Positions 24,046-37,320 of a stretch of DNA of 64,000 nucleotides are shown piece by piece. Positions within the stretch are counted from its first letter, which is position 1, and every line of letters begins with the position of its first letter. This stretch comes from Podarcis bocagei. Taxonomy: Eukaryota. The stretch lies in NCBI GenBank assembly GCA_964188305.1, contig OZ076886.1. One strand, written 5' to 3'. The position numbers and the translations under genes were made by a program. The notes under the pieces were generated by a model, which saw only the letters and a program-made list of their open reading frames with translations, was not told the DNA's origin and searched no databases.

Positions 24046-27000
24046 ATTGCCTTGAAACACACACACACACACACACGGTGCTTCATTCGTTCATTAATTT
24101 TTTTCCTTTCTTTTAAATTTAAGCTGTATGTCATCTAATATTTCCCACTTGAACCTGCCGCAGAGAAACAAATGCATGCTTTCCTCATCCAATTGCTTTA
24201 GAATATACAGATGTTCACTGCTCATCCCCACCACTGTCTGACACAATTTCAGGTAATGTGCAAGAAGAAATGCATTAAGACAAATTGAGCTCATTTATTC
24301 TTACCTGCTGGTAGCTTTGGAATTTCTGTGCTGCCTCAGGGTTCAATCCCTTGGCACAGCTTGCAAGATAACATAAAGCACTACAATAAATATAATATCT
24401 AACGGTTAGAAAAGAAATCCTCAACCCTTAAAACATAAAAGCAGACAGCTTCACATTAAAACAAGCATTTTCCTCTAAGCACCAAAGTCATGGTAAACTT
24501 CCAAAAAGTTTTGGGGTTTTTTTTAAGCTGACCTACTGAACTTCTATGCAAAAGGACTTTATTTAACTGTAAGGTTTCTATGCCCTAAAAATGCTTGCAG
24601 CCAGCCAGTTCTGGCTGTGGAAACACCAAGTACAGTGATACAGTGACACAGAATTCTTGGAGGTTTTCACACATGCATCAAGAAATTCACTGGGTGATGG
24701 ATACACCTTCATTCTTTCTGTCTAGGGTTCCCTACTCATGATAGTTTGCATTGACCATGCACATGTTTTCCAACAGATCTACTTACCAATGTGCACTGGG
24801 TTCTTCTTATCTCCCCATTTGGAGTGGCACATAATTCAGACCTGTGCACAGAGGAAAAACTGCACCTACGTTTCCCCCAGTGGTACAGGTGATGAAAGAT
24901 GAAGCTAATGCAGCGTACTGAAATTCTTTGCATTTGTTATCTGTTTCAGATGCTGCTCCATGTGAGGTTTTTACTGGAATAACTGTCTGCTTTCATTTTG
25001 TAGCCAAGGTCAATTTATCTTAAGATGCTTTCTTGAATACTGGTGGGGGTGCTTTTGCAGCTAATGGCGTGTGGCTTTTGGTCCCTAACTTAGTAATACC
25101 ATCTCATTTTTTTAAAGGGAAGGGTGGAGTCAGACTTGGAAGGAAACCTTAGCACAACTCTGAAGTTCTTGTGGGATGACGAATAAGCAGAAGAGAGCAC
25201 TGTCTGTATTATCTAGGGAGTCAACAATGCACCGTGTGTCTTATTTCTGGCCTGTCTCCAGATACTAAGTTGATGACTGAATAAGAATAAAGAGAACTAT
25301 TTTCCTTTATTATGCTACCCTTGCCATGCATACGAACAGGCACCAACTTCCCAAAAAGATATTTAAATGGTTCTGCCTTATATATTTTGTTTAAAAATAA
25401 CCATTGAGATTTCTGATGAAAATATAGAACTGTACACTTGAATTAGGAAAAGGGGGGGCATGCTCAACGTTATTTCCTGGCCTCTCCTCCTTCGTGTGTT
25501 CATTTCATTTGGCTGCTCAATGCACATAGGCTCTCTCCACTTCAGATGTGGCGTCTGAGTTTAGAGGTCCTTTGCAATGGCCTGAACCTGGTTCCAGCCT
25601 GGTCCCCAACCTGATGCTGTTGTATGTTGCCACCATCATACATTACCGCTAACACCCATCACTCACCTGCCCCTGGACCAGATATGTTTCCTAGGTCAGT
25701 GGTGGTATCTGCTGCCGCCACCACTTTTGAATCAGATTTTCTGGTGCTTGACTTTGATCCATGGTGGCTGCTTGCCATTTTAGATTACCTCAAATGCAAC
25801 ACCCAAGCTTGACATCTGGTTGAGGATGTTTGCATTATGGGTAACCAGACAATGTGGGTTATACTGAAGCCAAAGTGAAACATAGGAGTAAAATCTAGAT
25901 GTGCTAAACTGCTTTCTTATTTGGATTTCTGCAGGTGATTACAGGACTGAGCAGATATTTCTCGGACAATCCCACATTAAAATCAGTTTGCTTTCCAAGC
26001 TCCCTACGTTAGAATTGGTGCCGTGTTTTGTTTTTCCCCTTGGTGTGGGTGTGGCTGATATTAGGGTGGGAGTTGTGACTGGACTTCTCTGGAAATAGGA
26101 GGCCTGGTAATAGATGCTTCTGGCTCAGAAAACTCTTTTGTTGGGACTACAAAATTAAGCTGCCAAATAGCAGAGGCTGGCCTTGGTGGTGGTGGTGGGA
26201 GACGGAGAGAGTGGCCTGGAACATATAAACTTGGCCCTCAGACAAGACAAAAACAGAGCTGATAAGATGAAGCCAGCAGTTTAGGAATGATTTCACCAAG
26301 GTTGCCAGGTGTCTTGTATTCAGAAAAGGAGAGTTGCTATTTTGGACTTGCACCTTCACTGCTCTGTGTTGTGCCAGCATCCTTCTGCTGGGCTGCCATC
26401 CAAGGTTGGCTGCCTTTTTCTGACAGAGTGCCAAGTCTGTCTGGGTGTCAGATATAAAAATCAACCCTCTGATAGTGAGGATTTGCTCATGGGCTGACTT
26501 CAGTGTTATTTATTTATTTATTTGTGCTGCCAAAGGCAAAGCGCTCTTCCATCTCCATGTAAACAAAACATTTCCAATGATTATCTCCACAGAGTTTCCA
26601 TTCCTTAAAATAATGCCACAATATGCCAGCAATGGAACTTGTAATGTAAGTCTGTGGCCAAACATTGAGCAACTACCTGATTTATATCCTGATAAATATA
26701 CCATTGCCTTCATAGTCTAGAAAACTATTTGGCCTATAAAGATCAGATCACTTGCCGCCGCACTGGTGTAAAATGTACTTGTTTCCAGTGTATAAACTTG
26801 TTAAAGGAATTCCCACTTTGTGCTATTTAACAATGCCATCTATCTATTTATGCATGCCTTGCTCATCCTAACCTGGTTGAGGATTTATTTGAAAGAAGAA
26901 AAGGGAAGAGTAGTAAAATTAGTAATGGGCTCAGTTTTAGACCTGTTAGATGATTGATACACCCCCCCCCCCAAAAAAGATGCCTGTTTCTCAGCTCAGT

Positions 27001-29282
27001 CAGTTAAACATGCTAGAAAAGCAACATTCCTATAAAAACGCTTTGGGTAGGAGCCAAGTTGGTCTTCTGTCACCATCATCAGAGAGAGAAAGCACTAAAT
27101 AATTCATTGTAGTATGTTACTCTCTTAAAACCCTTTTTGTCTTCCAAGTTTTTTTAGATGCTGTTCTAAATGCAATTTCTATCCATCTTGCTCTATTCCT
27201 TAGAGAGATACCAGAGAACACTTTCAGGGCTAGCTGTACTGGCAGTGGAGTGGAGTGGGGAAATGCTCCCTGCAAAGTCTCCTGAAAGATTTGCATTTCT
27301 CACCTGCTATGTGAGAGACAAAACTTTGCAGACAGACCCTGTACTTACTACCTCTCCCATCCCCTACCTGGTACCGTCCAAATGTTTTAGACTACAACTC
27401 CCATGATCTCCAGCCAGCATGGCAGCAAAGCTGTATGGGAAAACAGGATCAAGCTTTTCAGGGAAGAACTCCACAGAGCCTCTTCAGATTTCGTGGGAAA
27501 TGGCTAGAATGTCTTTTTAATAGCCTCTTGTGTTTTGGATAAATATTCAGTCACTTCCCTGGGTTTGCCCCCCCCCCAAAAAGTGGGTTTTGCCATGGGG
27601 GGGGGGCGGGGGCGGCTGCGAATCCCCAGAACAGCACATGGGGGAAGGAAAGGGGAGATTATTCTATCTGGCTAGCTGAAATGCTTGCTTTGACAGAAAT
27701 ATTGCTGTGCCTCCCTAAATATTACCCTGATGCCACCTTCAACACTGCCATTATAGCCAGTCTTAAATGTATCTTATATAGTTTTAGCGGGGTGGACTTG
27801 ACTAGCAACACACACAGGAAACACCTGAGAAGGCTGGGGAGCCATGTGGACTGGACCTTCTGCCCCGCCAGCTATGCCTTCTGCTGGCCATACATTTGCT
27901 GACCATGAGAAGAGACCACCCTGTGCAGATAGTTTCCGCTTGCTCCACACAAACGGAGATCTTGGTCAGGTGGAGTAGCTGTGTGTAAGAACACTGGTAT
28001 GTGTGGAGGGCACCTTCTCATGGTCACTGATTGTGTGGCTGGGGGAAGGAGGGAACGGCTGGTGAATGCACTGGTGGCAGAAAGCTGGGGGTATCCCTGC
28101 CCACACCCACATGTAACTTTAATATGTAAAAGACATTGTGTCCTGTCCCCTCCCTGCTTGTGTCACAGTCTTCATCTCTGCCCACTTCCTTCCAGCACAC
28201 ATCTAATATTGGCAAAGCAGCATACCAGTGGCAAGATCCAAATAGCCCACTACAACACATGTAGAAAGGATGCATGTGCAGAATAGCCCTGCCCTACGGA
28301 CACTTACTAATGTATGCATTTGGGTTCCTCTTCATGAGAGGGGAGCCAGATTAGACCTGTCCAATTTGTGAACCCCACTCTTCATAGGCAATGGCAGGAT
28401 GTATACGTGGATGGCATCAACCAGCATGGGTCCACGATGCTCCTTACACATTCTTTCATCATGTTCAGAGGATGGGGGGGGGCGTTGCGTGACCTCTCTC
28501 TTATTCCCTCACTTTCATAGACAGCTATCGTTTGCTTTTTTGAACAGAAGTCATAGTGTGACTGTGGGCTGTCTTCCCCTGTCTGTTGCTGGTGGTGCAG
28601 CCTGTAAGCAAGGGTCCTGTAAACCCATGAAAAATAGAGGATCAATCCATTGGTCCTTAAGAACATCAGTCAGCCCCTTCAGGGTGACACGTAGACTAAA
28701 GCTGCCTGTTTTCTATCGATTGGGAAGAGGACATTCTATATATAGACCAACCATCTTCTCTTTCAGGCACATGCAATTGTGGCAAACATCAACATAGGGT
28801 CAGCTTGCAAGTCCACAAGGCTTTTGCAGTTCATAGCCGGAAATAGAAGTATCGTCTCACTTTCTGTTTTCTGCTTCATTAGCTGGGATACATTAATTGG
28901 AGCGGAAGTGTGTCTCTTGTATAGCAGATTGGAGCTGTTGGTAGATTTGTGAACTAAAGGACAATTGATGTTAAACTCTGGTATTTTGTAAATAATGATT
29001 GTTTCTTCCAGGAACACTTCGTTTCTTCCTATTAGCTCTTGTTTTCCACTTTGCTTTTCAATTTTGAGTCCTACTCACCACCACCACAGCTCCCTTAGAG
29101 AGTATGTAAGGGTCCTAGAAATTAGTTCATGCAAGGTAGAAAAGCTAGATGAAGTTTTGCGTCACTTCATTTTATCTGAAATGAAATGAAATGAACAAAG
29201 CTAGGATTCCCTGCTTCCTCTGGAAGCATCTGTAAAACAAAGCTGAGATGTGGACCTGATTGGTGTCTCAGTGGCAGACCAT

Positions 29283-29758
29283 TGTAGGCCCTGAACTTCC
29301 AATCAATCAATAATTCTGTTTAATTCTTTGCTAGTTTTGACAGGGTTCATATAATAGATGTTTAAATGTCCAAACTATGTAAAGTTTGCTAATAGTCAGG
29401 TGTGAATGATGAATAGGAGCTAACTGATTGGACGCTGTGCCTCTGCATTTTGAAGGTGGCACCCTTGAGCTAGTCAGGGGCACAGGAATTAAAATGGGGA
29501 AAGAGATCTGGAAGCTTTTTGAACTGGAGCTCAGCTGGACTGTGGAGCAGCTTGTGGCGGAATGAGAGGAAGGAGTTGCTGTCTTTTGGAATCTGAGGCA
29601 GGACCAGCTTCTGCTATGTTCTGCTGGTATGTTTGTAAATAAAACAAATATTACAGAGACTCACTAAGTCTCCAGTGTGCTCTCTTCCAAAGAAAACTAA
29701 ACTCTGTAGTGCTATTCTTGGACTTCTCACCGCTTGGGTTGATGGAGAATGCTTAACA
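29283..29758 (+). mobile_element. Probable solo LTR
   Basis: About 476-bp block starting TGTAG and ending TAACA, with gattgg (CCAAT), a TATA-like aattaaaa and AATAAA (about 29638) in LTR order. No clean target-site duplication. Confidence 0.5.
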
Positions 29759-32482
29759 ATATAAATGTTATGCCTTGGAAGAAAATGCTTTTGCTGACAG
29801 CAGCCTTTTCTATTTCCTACTGTGTCATTCCACCAGCTTTCCAAAGCTGAACAAGTAATTTCTTTCTGCCTTCTTTGAAAAGGAATCTGTAGTCTTTTTT
29901 TGCATTGCATTATGATTATTCAAAGCTAAATATTTTGCTAGTGTTCTGAGATTGGGCTTCAAAGGCAGAATAGATATCTTTTGTCTGAGTATATTTCTCA
30001 TTTCGAAAAGGTTAGTTGACAGTAGAAATAGTCCCATATCTAGTTATTAAAAGTTAAATTTTACCACATATTCCAACTGTATATAATTTCAAACTTCATG
30101 AAGTACTAAAAGCTAAAAATCTGGAAATGCAAATCTTACATTCTTTTTAACACACATGCATACACAGATATTAAAAAGGTTATATTAAAAATACTTAACC
30201 TTTTTGGTTTTGCTCATATGTACAATAAAAGGGAAAATGTAACCAAAAAGAACAGAACAGTATGAACTCTGCTCTCCCCAAGTGCAACAAATAGCTAATA
30301 TTATTTTTGTGAGAACTTGTGTTAAGCTGTATGATGGACATCTGCCCACAGGCTGTGCTAGCTGGGGGGAATGGGAATTGGAGGTCTTCTACATCCTTGG
30401 TATAAATGTTCTTGATGTGTAATAGCTGACTTGTAAAAGCACAATCTGATTTAATAAGTCGTTTGAGCAAGTTTGTAGAAGTTAGAAAATAGGACTCCAG
30501 AAAAACCATTGTCCAGACCAATGGTCCATCTAGCTTAGTATTGTCAGTGCTACTCTGACTGGCAATGATCAGTGTCAGCCCTACCATGAGGCAGCTGCCT
30601 CAGGTGGCAAATTTAGAGGGTTGGAAAGTGTCTGGAAAAGTATGCCCTGTGGTCTGCCCTGCAACCCCTAGCTAGCTTGCTGCCCTAGCATGGCTGGCAC
30701 ACCAATGAGGTGAGCAGAAAGCATCGGTGGCACATCTTGCCTCAAACTTCAGAAGGTCTTGAGCTATGACTCTTCCTGTTTGCGGGGAAGAAATTAACCT
30801 ATACTACACTCGTTGTCTGCAAACATTATTTCCCTAGCCTTGTCTCTTATCTCTGAGTCAGTTGGGAGACTGGTTTAGGCATGCCTGTGTTTGGACAGGT
30901 CAGTTTTCTTTTGAACCTTTTAGATGGTGAGGGATGGTAAAAGTAAACAATGAGCAAATAAGAAGTCCAAAAATATCTAAACACTGTCCTCAAGGCAGGG
31001 AGGTGCAGATTTTCCCTCTCTTAGTTTTGCCATGGGTTCAGAGGAAAACATGTGAGGGAGACAGATCTTTGGTGTGTGTGCTGTGAATTCATGTTTTCAC
31101 GTCTGTAGAACTGTGAGTGTGAATGATTGTATTCGTGATGGTAGAGTTGAGGGCTGATAATCTTGTTAGGGCTTTGGATAGTCCTGGCCACATATTGAAT
31201 GTATCCATACTTGTAGTTTTTTTATTCTCTGCAGTAATCTGGCAGTTTTGCTTTAGATTTATTAACACCATGCTACAATTTTATAGGGCAGAATACAGAG
31301 CTAGGTTCCTGTAACCAATGAGAGCAATTAACCAGCAAAAATAGCTTAACCATTGGCAAAGTTAACAACTGTGGTGGCATTCTTGCTTTGCAAAAGTGCA
31401 TTTGTGATGGAGAAATGTTGTAATTTGAAAAACACTGCTGTTCACTCTGAGAGGCAGCTGAACTTTTATGGGTCTTGTGGTTTCTTTAGTGCTCTGAGCC
31501 ATAAAATGTGATTGTGGTCGAAATAGCCACATCAAACTGTTCAGATGGGAAAGATGGCTTTCAGGGTGCTGCATGTGGTCTAGTGGCACTTGCCATGTGC
31601 TCCTAGTTTCATTAGGAATGATGCTTCCCAAGGGACCTACTTTATTCATGTTTTTTGGAAACTTGCGGCACCTGAAAATATAACTGCAACTGCATGCTTA
31701 GAATTCTTAGAACAAAAGCAATTAGCCTTACATTTATTTTTCACCAAAGGCTAGTTCCTGTGATTACTTCCTGGGCTTAGATTCTTTCTTGGGTGATTCA
31801 GTTTTTTCCTCTCATCCATATTTAGAGAGGGCTGTTGAAGTCTCTGGAGTGTCCCAACTCATGCCCATGTACTAGTTTAACAAGCCACTGCAAACACTTT
31901 GAAATAGTATTTTTCCTACTGGTTTGCTGTGTCCAGCATCTTCATAGGCAACTGCTGTGGCTCAAAAAAGGGACAGTCCTTATTCACTTAATGAGCCAGA
32001 TGCTAAATAATTTTTTCTAGTATCCAGTCTGTTCATTTCATTATGTAGTTATGGTAAGTAAGCCCTAAATCAGCAGCCTCTTTGAGGATCCCCTGTTAAA
32101 GATTGTTCCCCTCATCAATGTGGAAAAAGTGCATTGTTCACACTCTCATCCTATACTATACTGCATCCACCAAACCACTTTTCACTGCTTTTCCTAATAG
32201 CTGCAAGTTTTGTTTTATGTAAACAATGTGGATTGTTTATGTTAATTCATCACTACGGTTGCCATTTAATGATGTTTTGTTGTAAAGTGGTATAAGACAC
32301 CCCTCCCCATTTTAATCTCTCTATATTTCTTGTCTAAATGGGAGATAACAATCCATGCTTCTGGTTCCAAGACTTTTCTAGGCATGCTGCATAGGCGATT
32401 TTATGATGAGTGGTATTATATTAGGGTATATCTAGGGTACAAATATTGCAAAAGTTTAAATGCTTTCTTCTTTACTTTCTAG

Positions 32483-32519
32483 GTCTATAACTCGAACAAA
32501 GACAGCCAAAGTGAAGGCA
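32483..32519 (+). CDS. ARHGAP26: ARHGAP26 37-nt coding exon (PH-GAP linker; about human exon 12)
   Basis: Strong acceptor ttctttactttctag|GTC, donor GGCA|gtaagt. Encodes VYNSNKDSQSEG(T), identical to the recalled GRAF1 sequence. Phase 0 to 1. Confidence 0.95.
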
Positions 32520-34164
32520 GTAAGTAGCTTATTTTTCATCCAAGACTGTGTGTTTGAGGAAGTGGTTTGTAGAACTGCATCCCTATCTCTTATAACCCAG
32601 TAGGTGGCTCTCCAAGTAGTAAAAGCAACAAGTGATTATATTGCTTTAGTCATCAGACAGATTTTGGCCATCACATTGGTTGAAACTTTAAAACTTCTAA
32701 TCATTTAGCAGTTTTTTTAAAGCAATACAAAAACGGTAAAAGGTGACAATTATTGTGCAGCTCATAACATACTGAAATGCTTTAAATATCAAACCAAAGA
32801 GCAATATGGTTTAAGATGTTGTGAGGCACTGTGAGTACTGGATGGAGCCCAAGAGCTGCAGAGTCATTCTGGAGCTGGCTCTGTGGCAAATTCTTTGTTT
32901 CCTTTGGCAAGTTACTTAACGGCCTTTTGTCTCGCTGTACACAAACCCAGGCACAGAAGTTTTGCAGAAGGGAAGCAAGAAGGAGAACTAAAAGAATTTC
33001 TGAATCTCAGTTCCTTGTTTTACCTTCCTTAAACGATAATTAATAGAAATTCAGTATTTTGTGCTTAAAAGGAGTTGGTCTAAACCTCCAGCCAGCCCCA
33101 GGATTTTAGTCAAGCAGATGAACTGTTGGGATGAAAGACTCTTTTGTACACTGAAGTAGCGCTATTTAAATATTTTCATCCTTTGACTCCAAGTGGTTGG
33201 ACAAAGCAAAGTGCCTGGAGCACTTTTGCTGGCTGTCCCGAGCCTCTTCCCACTGCTGTTCAAAATCCAGCATGTTTCTAAGCAGCCCAACCTGCTTGCA
33301 AATGTCTGCTTGGCTCAGTCTCTCTCTCTCTCTGCCTTCCCCCACCCTGCATTACTATGTGCAATGATGCTGCAGCAAAGCTCTTGTTTATCCTACAAGT
33401 GAATTACAAAGTTGTTTTGAGTTTTGATTCCTATATATGTATGTGTTCAGCTTTGGGATATTTGATGAGTGATGGTCCACTTTTTAAATATGAAGTTCAG
33501 GAATATTTGGAAAGACCAACAAGAGGGGGAGTCCTTTTGTCTTTTTCTCTTTTTTTTAGAGCCAGGCGGCATCCAGTCAAAAGCCTTGTGAGATCATCTT
33601 TCCTTTTCTTCCTAAGGGATCCCGACTGGTGGTGTGTCTATTTATAAATAGAATGTTGCCCCCAGTAAATTTGAGAGGCAGCATAACTCCTTCAGCTGTT
33701 AGGTCACTCTGGCTGGCGGAACACTATACAGTAGCTCAGCTTCCCTTCTTATCTGCTATTGATAAATTTTAAATCCACACTTTCCTCCCCTAGATTTCTT
33801 CACTCCTCCTCAGCACAAGATTTACATACCTGTCATCTCTTTAATAGAACCAGGGAGTGATACAAGATGCTGCAATTAGAGGGAATTACACCTTTGTAGG
33901 CTGTGAGATTCTGTCAACTTAGTCTTCCCGTCCCCTCCTCCCTCCAAGTGATCTATTCACTGCCGCTTGTATTGACTAAGAAAGCTGAATTAGATATAAT
34001 AGAGGGATTTGATATGAAACATATTACCAACGGGTTTTCTTTAAAAAATAAGAAGAATGTAGCAGCATTGTGATTTCTTTCACTACGTAGAGATCTGCTG
34101 CTGTCATAAGTATATAAACACATAGAAAGTGCCATGCTTGGCATTTATGTGACATAAACCCCCC

Positions 34165-34400
34165 CCCCCACTCAAAAAGGCTCACAGAGTAACTTAAAAA
34201 ACAAGGTGGTCCTTGTTCTCAGCCTTACAATCTAAAAGACATGCTACACAAGGAAAAGGACTGGCAAGGAAGGAGGAAAAGCAAACTCAGGCACCAGGTT
34301 CTAAAGTTACAGGGGTTTTTTAAATAAGGACCAGCTAAGATGAACAAGTCAGCTAGCCTGATGTAATGGCTGCCTCTAGGTGACAGTTTAAGGAGGCCCA
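34165..34400 (-). mobile_element. Interspersed repeat (LINE 3'UTR-like), second copy at about 53945-54240
   Basis: Both loci share ctcacagag/ctagagcagcttac..ctcag..taaaa.acacaag..aaaagga..gaggaaa..aagcaaa..caggttc..gaccagct. Confidence 0.5.
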
Positions 34401-37153
34401 AAGGCTGAGGAAATGGAATAGTCTTGCTTAATCTCTGTTATACAGTAGTATATTTTTTTGATAAGGCAGTTTAGGGACTAGCTTCCCCATAATGTCTGCC
34501 TAGTCACCATGTCACACAATATAAGATTTATCCTGAATCTGAAAGGACTTTTTATCTAAGGTCTGGGCTTGGAATACCCTGAGGCAGACCAACTAAGTAT
34601 CATAACACACCTCTGAAGGCCAAGCATTGTGGAGTTCTCCGCAACTCAAATATTTATTTAAATAATGTGTTTTTGCCCTTGGTGAGAAGAGGATGGACTT
34701 CTCAGGAAATGCAAAATTTGTTTTAATTAAGATGTGGTATTCTTGCCAGTTGGCCCCTATTCATTCATAAGAGATGGATTTATGATGAAATAATAGGTGT
34801 TGTCTGCATCAGACAAGAAACTGATTCCAAAATTAATTAGGGCATTTGCAAACTGTTGCTTGCACTGGCTTGCTCCATAAGGGCATTCCCTGATTTAGCA
34901 CAATGATGCGGTCATTGCTCAGAGCAAAGTCAAATCACAAACACAGTTCTGGAGCACGTGCAGGCTTCCAGTTGTCCTGAGCTACTTGCTAGCAACATGG
35001 GTCCCAAAATGCTCAGTTTCTTTTGCCAAGTAGCATTCTTGTATGAGGAAGCCATGCTTACCATCTGATGCTTAGCTAATGTATTTTTTACCCTGTATTC
35101 CTGCACCAACAGTGCAAACATATAGAATGGACCACAGTTGCCTGTGTTAAGTTCTGAAGCCCCAGTGTAACTAGAATGTTCAGAAGCTGCAGCAGAACTG
35201 GTTTTTAGCCTTAAACTTGATGTGTGTCTGTATTGCTGCATCCACATTCACACACAGGCAATGTATTCTTGTCATCATGGAGGGAATAAAGCATTGGTTA
35301 TATTTCCTGTTGGCTCAGATATTTTTCTGTGCAGTAGAAAAGTTCAAGGCTTTTACATTGTGTCAGTGATAGACAGATTCAAACAATAACTTGTTGTCTC
35401 ATAATGCTTGCATAACATTTTTAGTGGTCGTTCTCTTTCAAATTCTCCAAAGATTATTAAGCTTCTAAAGGGGCAAAAACTGGACAAAAAAAGTGGTTCT
35501 TCTGCAGAGGAACCACTTTTGATTCCACAACTTTTGGTTTACTGAATCATACCTTTTGATGCAATGGCATCATCCTATGCTGTTTAGTGCCTCAGTTTCT
35601 CAGTTGCAAACCATTAAATGGCCATTAAATGGCCGATTAAGTTACTTTTTTAGAAGCTCCTGGCAAAAAAAATGCAATCTGGATACAACTGTTCCAATTA
35701 GGGTTTTTGACACAGAGAAGCTATAGTCCTAAGTGCATAAATATCATAAGTAATAAAAACAGAGGTACTTGTGAAATGTTTATTAATATAGTTTAATGAA
35801 AAATAGATTAGCTAAGCATCAGAGCTCTTGCTAGTATTAATTTGTACATTGCCACAGTTAATGTCTCCTAATTTTTGTTTGTTTAAACACTGTCAGGCTT
35901 GCTCACCCACTTCCTGTCAGTACAACACTACCACAACTCATTTATTGAGGTGATTGATCTATCTCTTTCTAAAGTGCTGTAAAGTATTTATGCAACATCA
36001 AAACAGTCTTAGCTCTGAACATATTATGTGCTAAAATGAACCTAGATGACTTAAACTCTATTGAAATAAAAACTGGATGCTGGGCCCTTATATATGTTAT
36101 GCAAATGTTTAAAATGTAAGGTGTTCTTTTAACTTTATAAATCTCCTTATCATAGCCGTAGAAAGGGGTCAAGGAATTCCAAAGGGTATATTGGAGCCTT
36201 GGAAATCTTGTCCAGCCACCTTCTTTCTCCTCTCTTCTCTCACCCCATTCCCACTAGTCTTTCATTATCTATTAACTGTCAGGTTACTTGTGTTTGGGGA
36301 TGGTGCAAGATGTGCAGCTGCCTGAGGCAGAGCTATTGTTGCTCCATTCACTGCTCTCAAACACTGGCATTCTCACTCCCCTTTTATTGTTGCTGTTGCC
36401 TTAGTAGCAATTGAACGCTGAGGCTCTCCAAGGCTGTCGCAGCAGTGCTTTGCTCTGACAAAAGGTCCTAGTGAATGTAGGGTTCTTCCAGAGTGAGATA
36501 TTCAGGGTGAGGTGGCAGCAAGTACTCATTAGACTGTTTACTACTATTAAAATGTAAGCTCTATTTGCTATGGCAGAGCAGCAGTGGTGCAAGTAATCTA
36601 CGGGGCCACCTCACCTGAGATGCCTCTTAGCAAATCCTGGGTGATCCACTGCTACCAGAGAGCCTAGTAGGAGTGCCACTGACTACTTTACCGCAACAGT
36701 AAGGAGTAACAGCACTCCTAGAATAATAAATGGCATCAAGCAGGCAGGCCTAGAGAAGATATTCAAATCTGCTGCCTGACACAGAGGTCTTGGTGTGGCT
36801 AACAGGTGGACTGGTCCTGCTTGTGAATGCATAAGAGTGAAAGGAGTTCCTATTCTTCATTGGCTTATACTAGGGATCCTTCTGGACTGGAAGAGCAACC
36901 AGCCAGATGCCTCTAGAAGCTCATTAACATGGCATGCCAGTGATTTCAGTCAAAGTTACTCATTTCTCCTCAGCATCCCCATGCAGAGTTCTATACTACC
37001 TATGATGATGAGACTTTGTCTTAGTTGCCAAAGACTGTACCTCTCCCACATAATATAATTGGACCCTAAGGGGGAAGGCAGACATGGTTGAAGAGGTTTT
37101 ATCACGTCCTTGGGATGCAGCAAATGTATTGTCATATCACTTCCCTAATATTT

Positions 37154-37320
37154 AGGGCTGTCCCTCAGTGGTAGTGCACATACTTTTCATGTGGAAGGTC
37201 TCTTGTTCAATCGCCTTCATCACCAGGTATGACTGGAGACACTGTCTACTTGAAATTCATTTTGGAGAGACATTGCCAGTCAGTGTTGACAGCACTGAGT
37301 TAGATGGACCACTAGTGCTC
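37154..37320 (+). mobile_element. tRNA(Ala)-derived lizard SINE (Squam3-like)
   Basis: agggctgtccctcagtggtagtgcacatacttttcatgtggaaggtc...ggagagacattgccagtcagtgttgacagcactgagttagatggacc. Confidence 0.72.

Noticed and set aside
32400-32480. C/D box snoRNA (ATGATGA upstream of an exon)
   Set aside because: No D box (CTGA) or terminal stem at a suitable distance.
36400-37100. Possible endogenous viral or coding remnant
   Set aside because: The frames I translated by hand had stops and no recognisable motif. A tBLASTx or HMM search would be needed.
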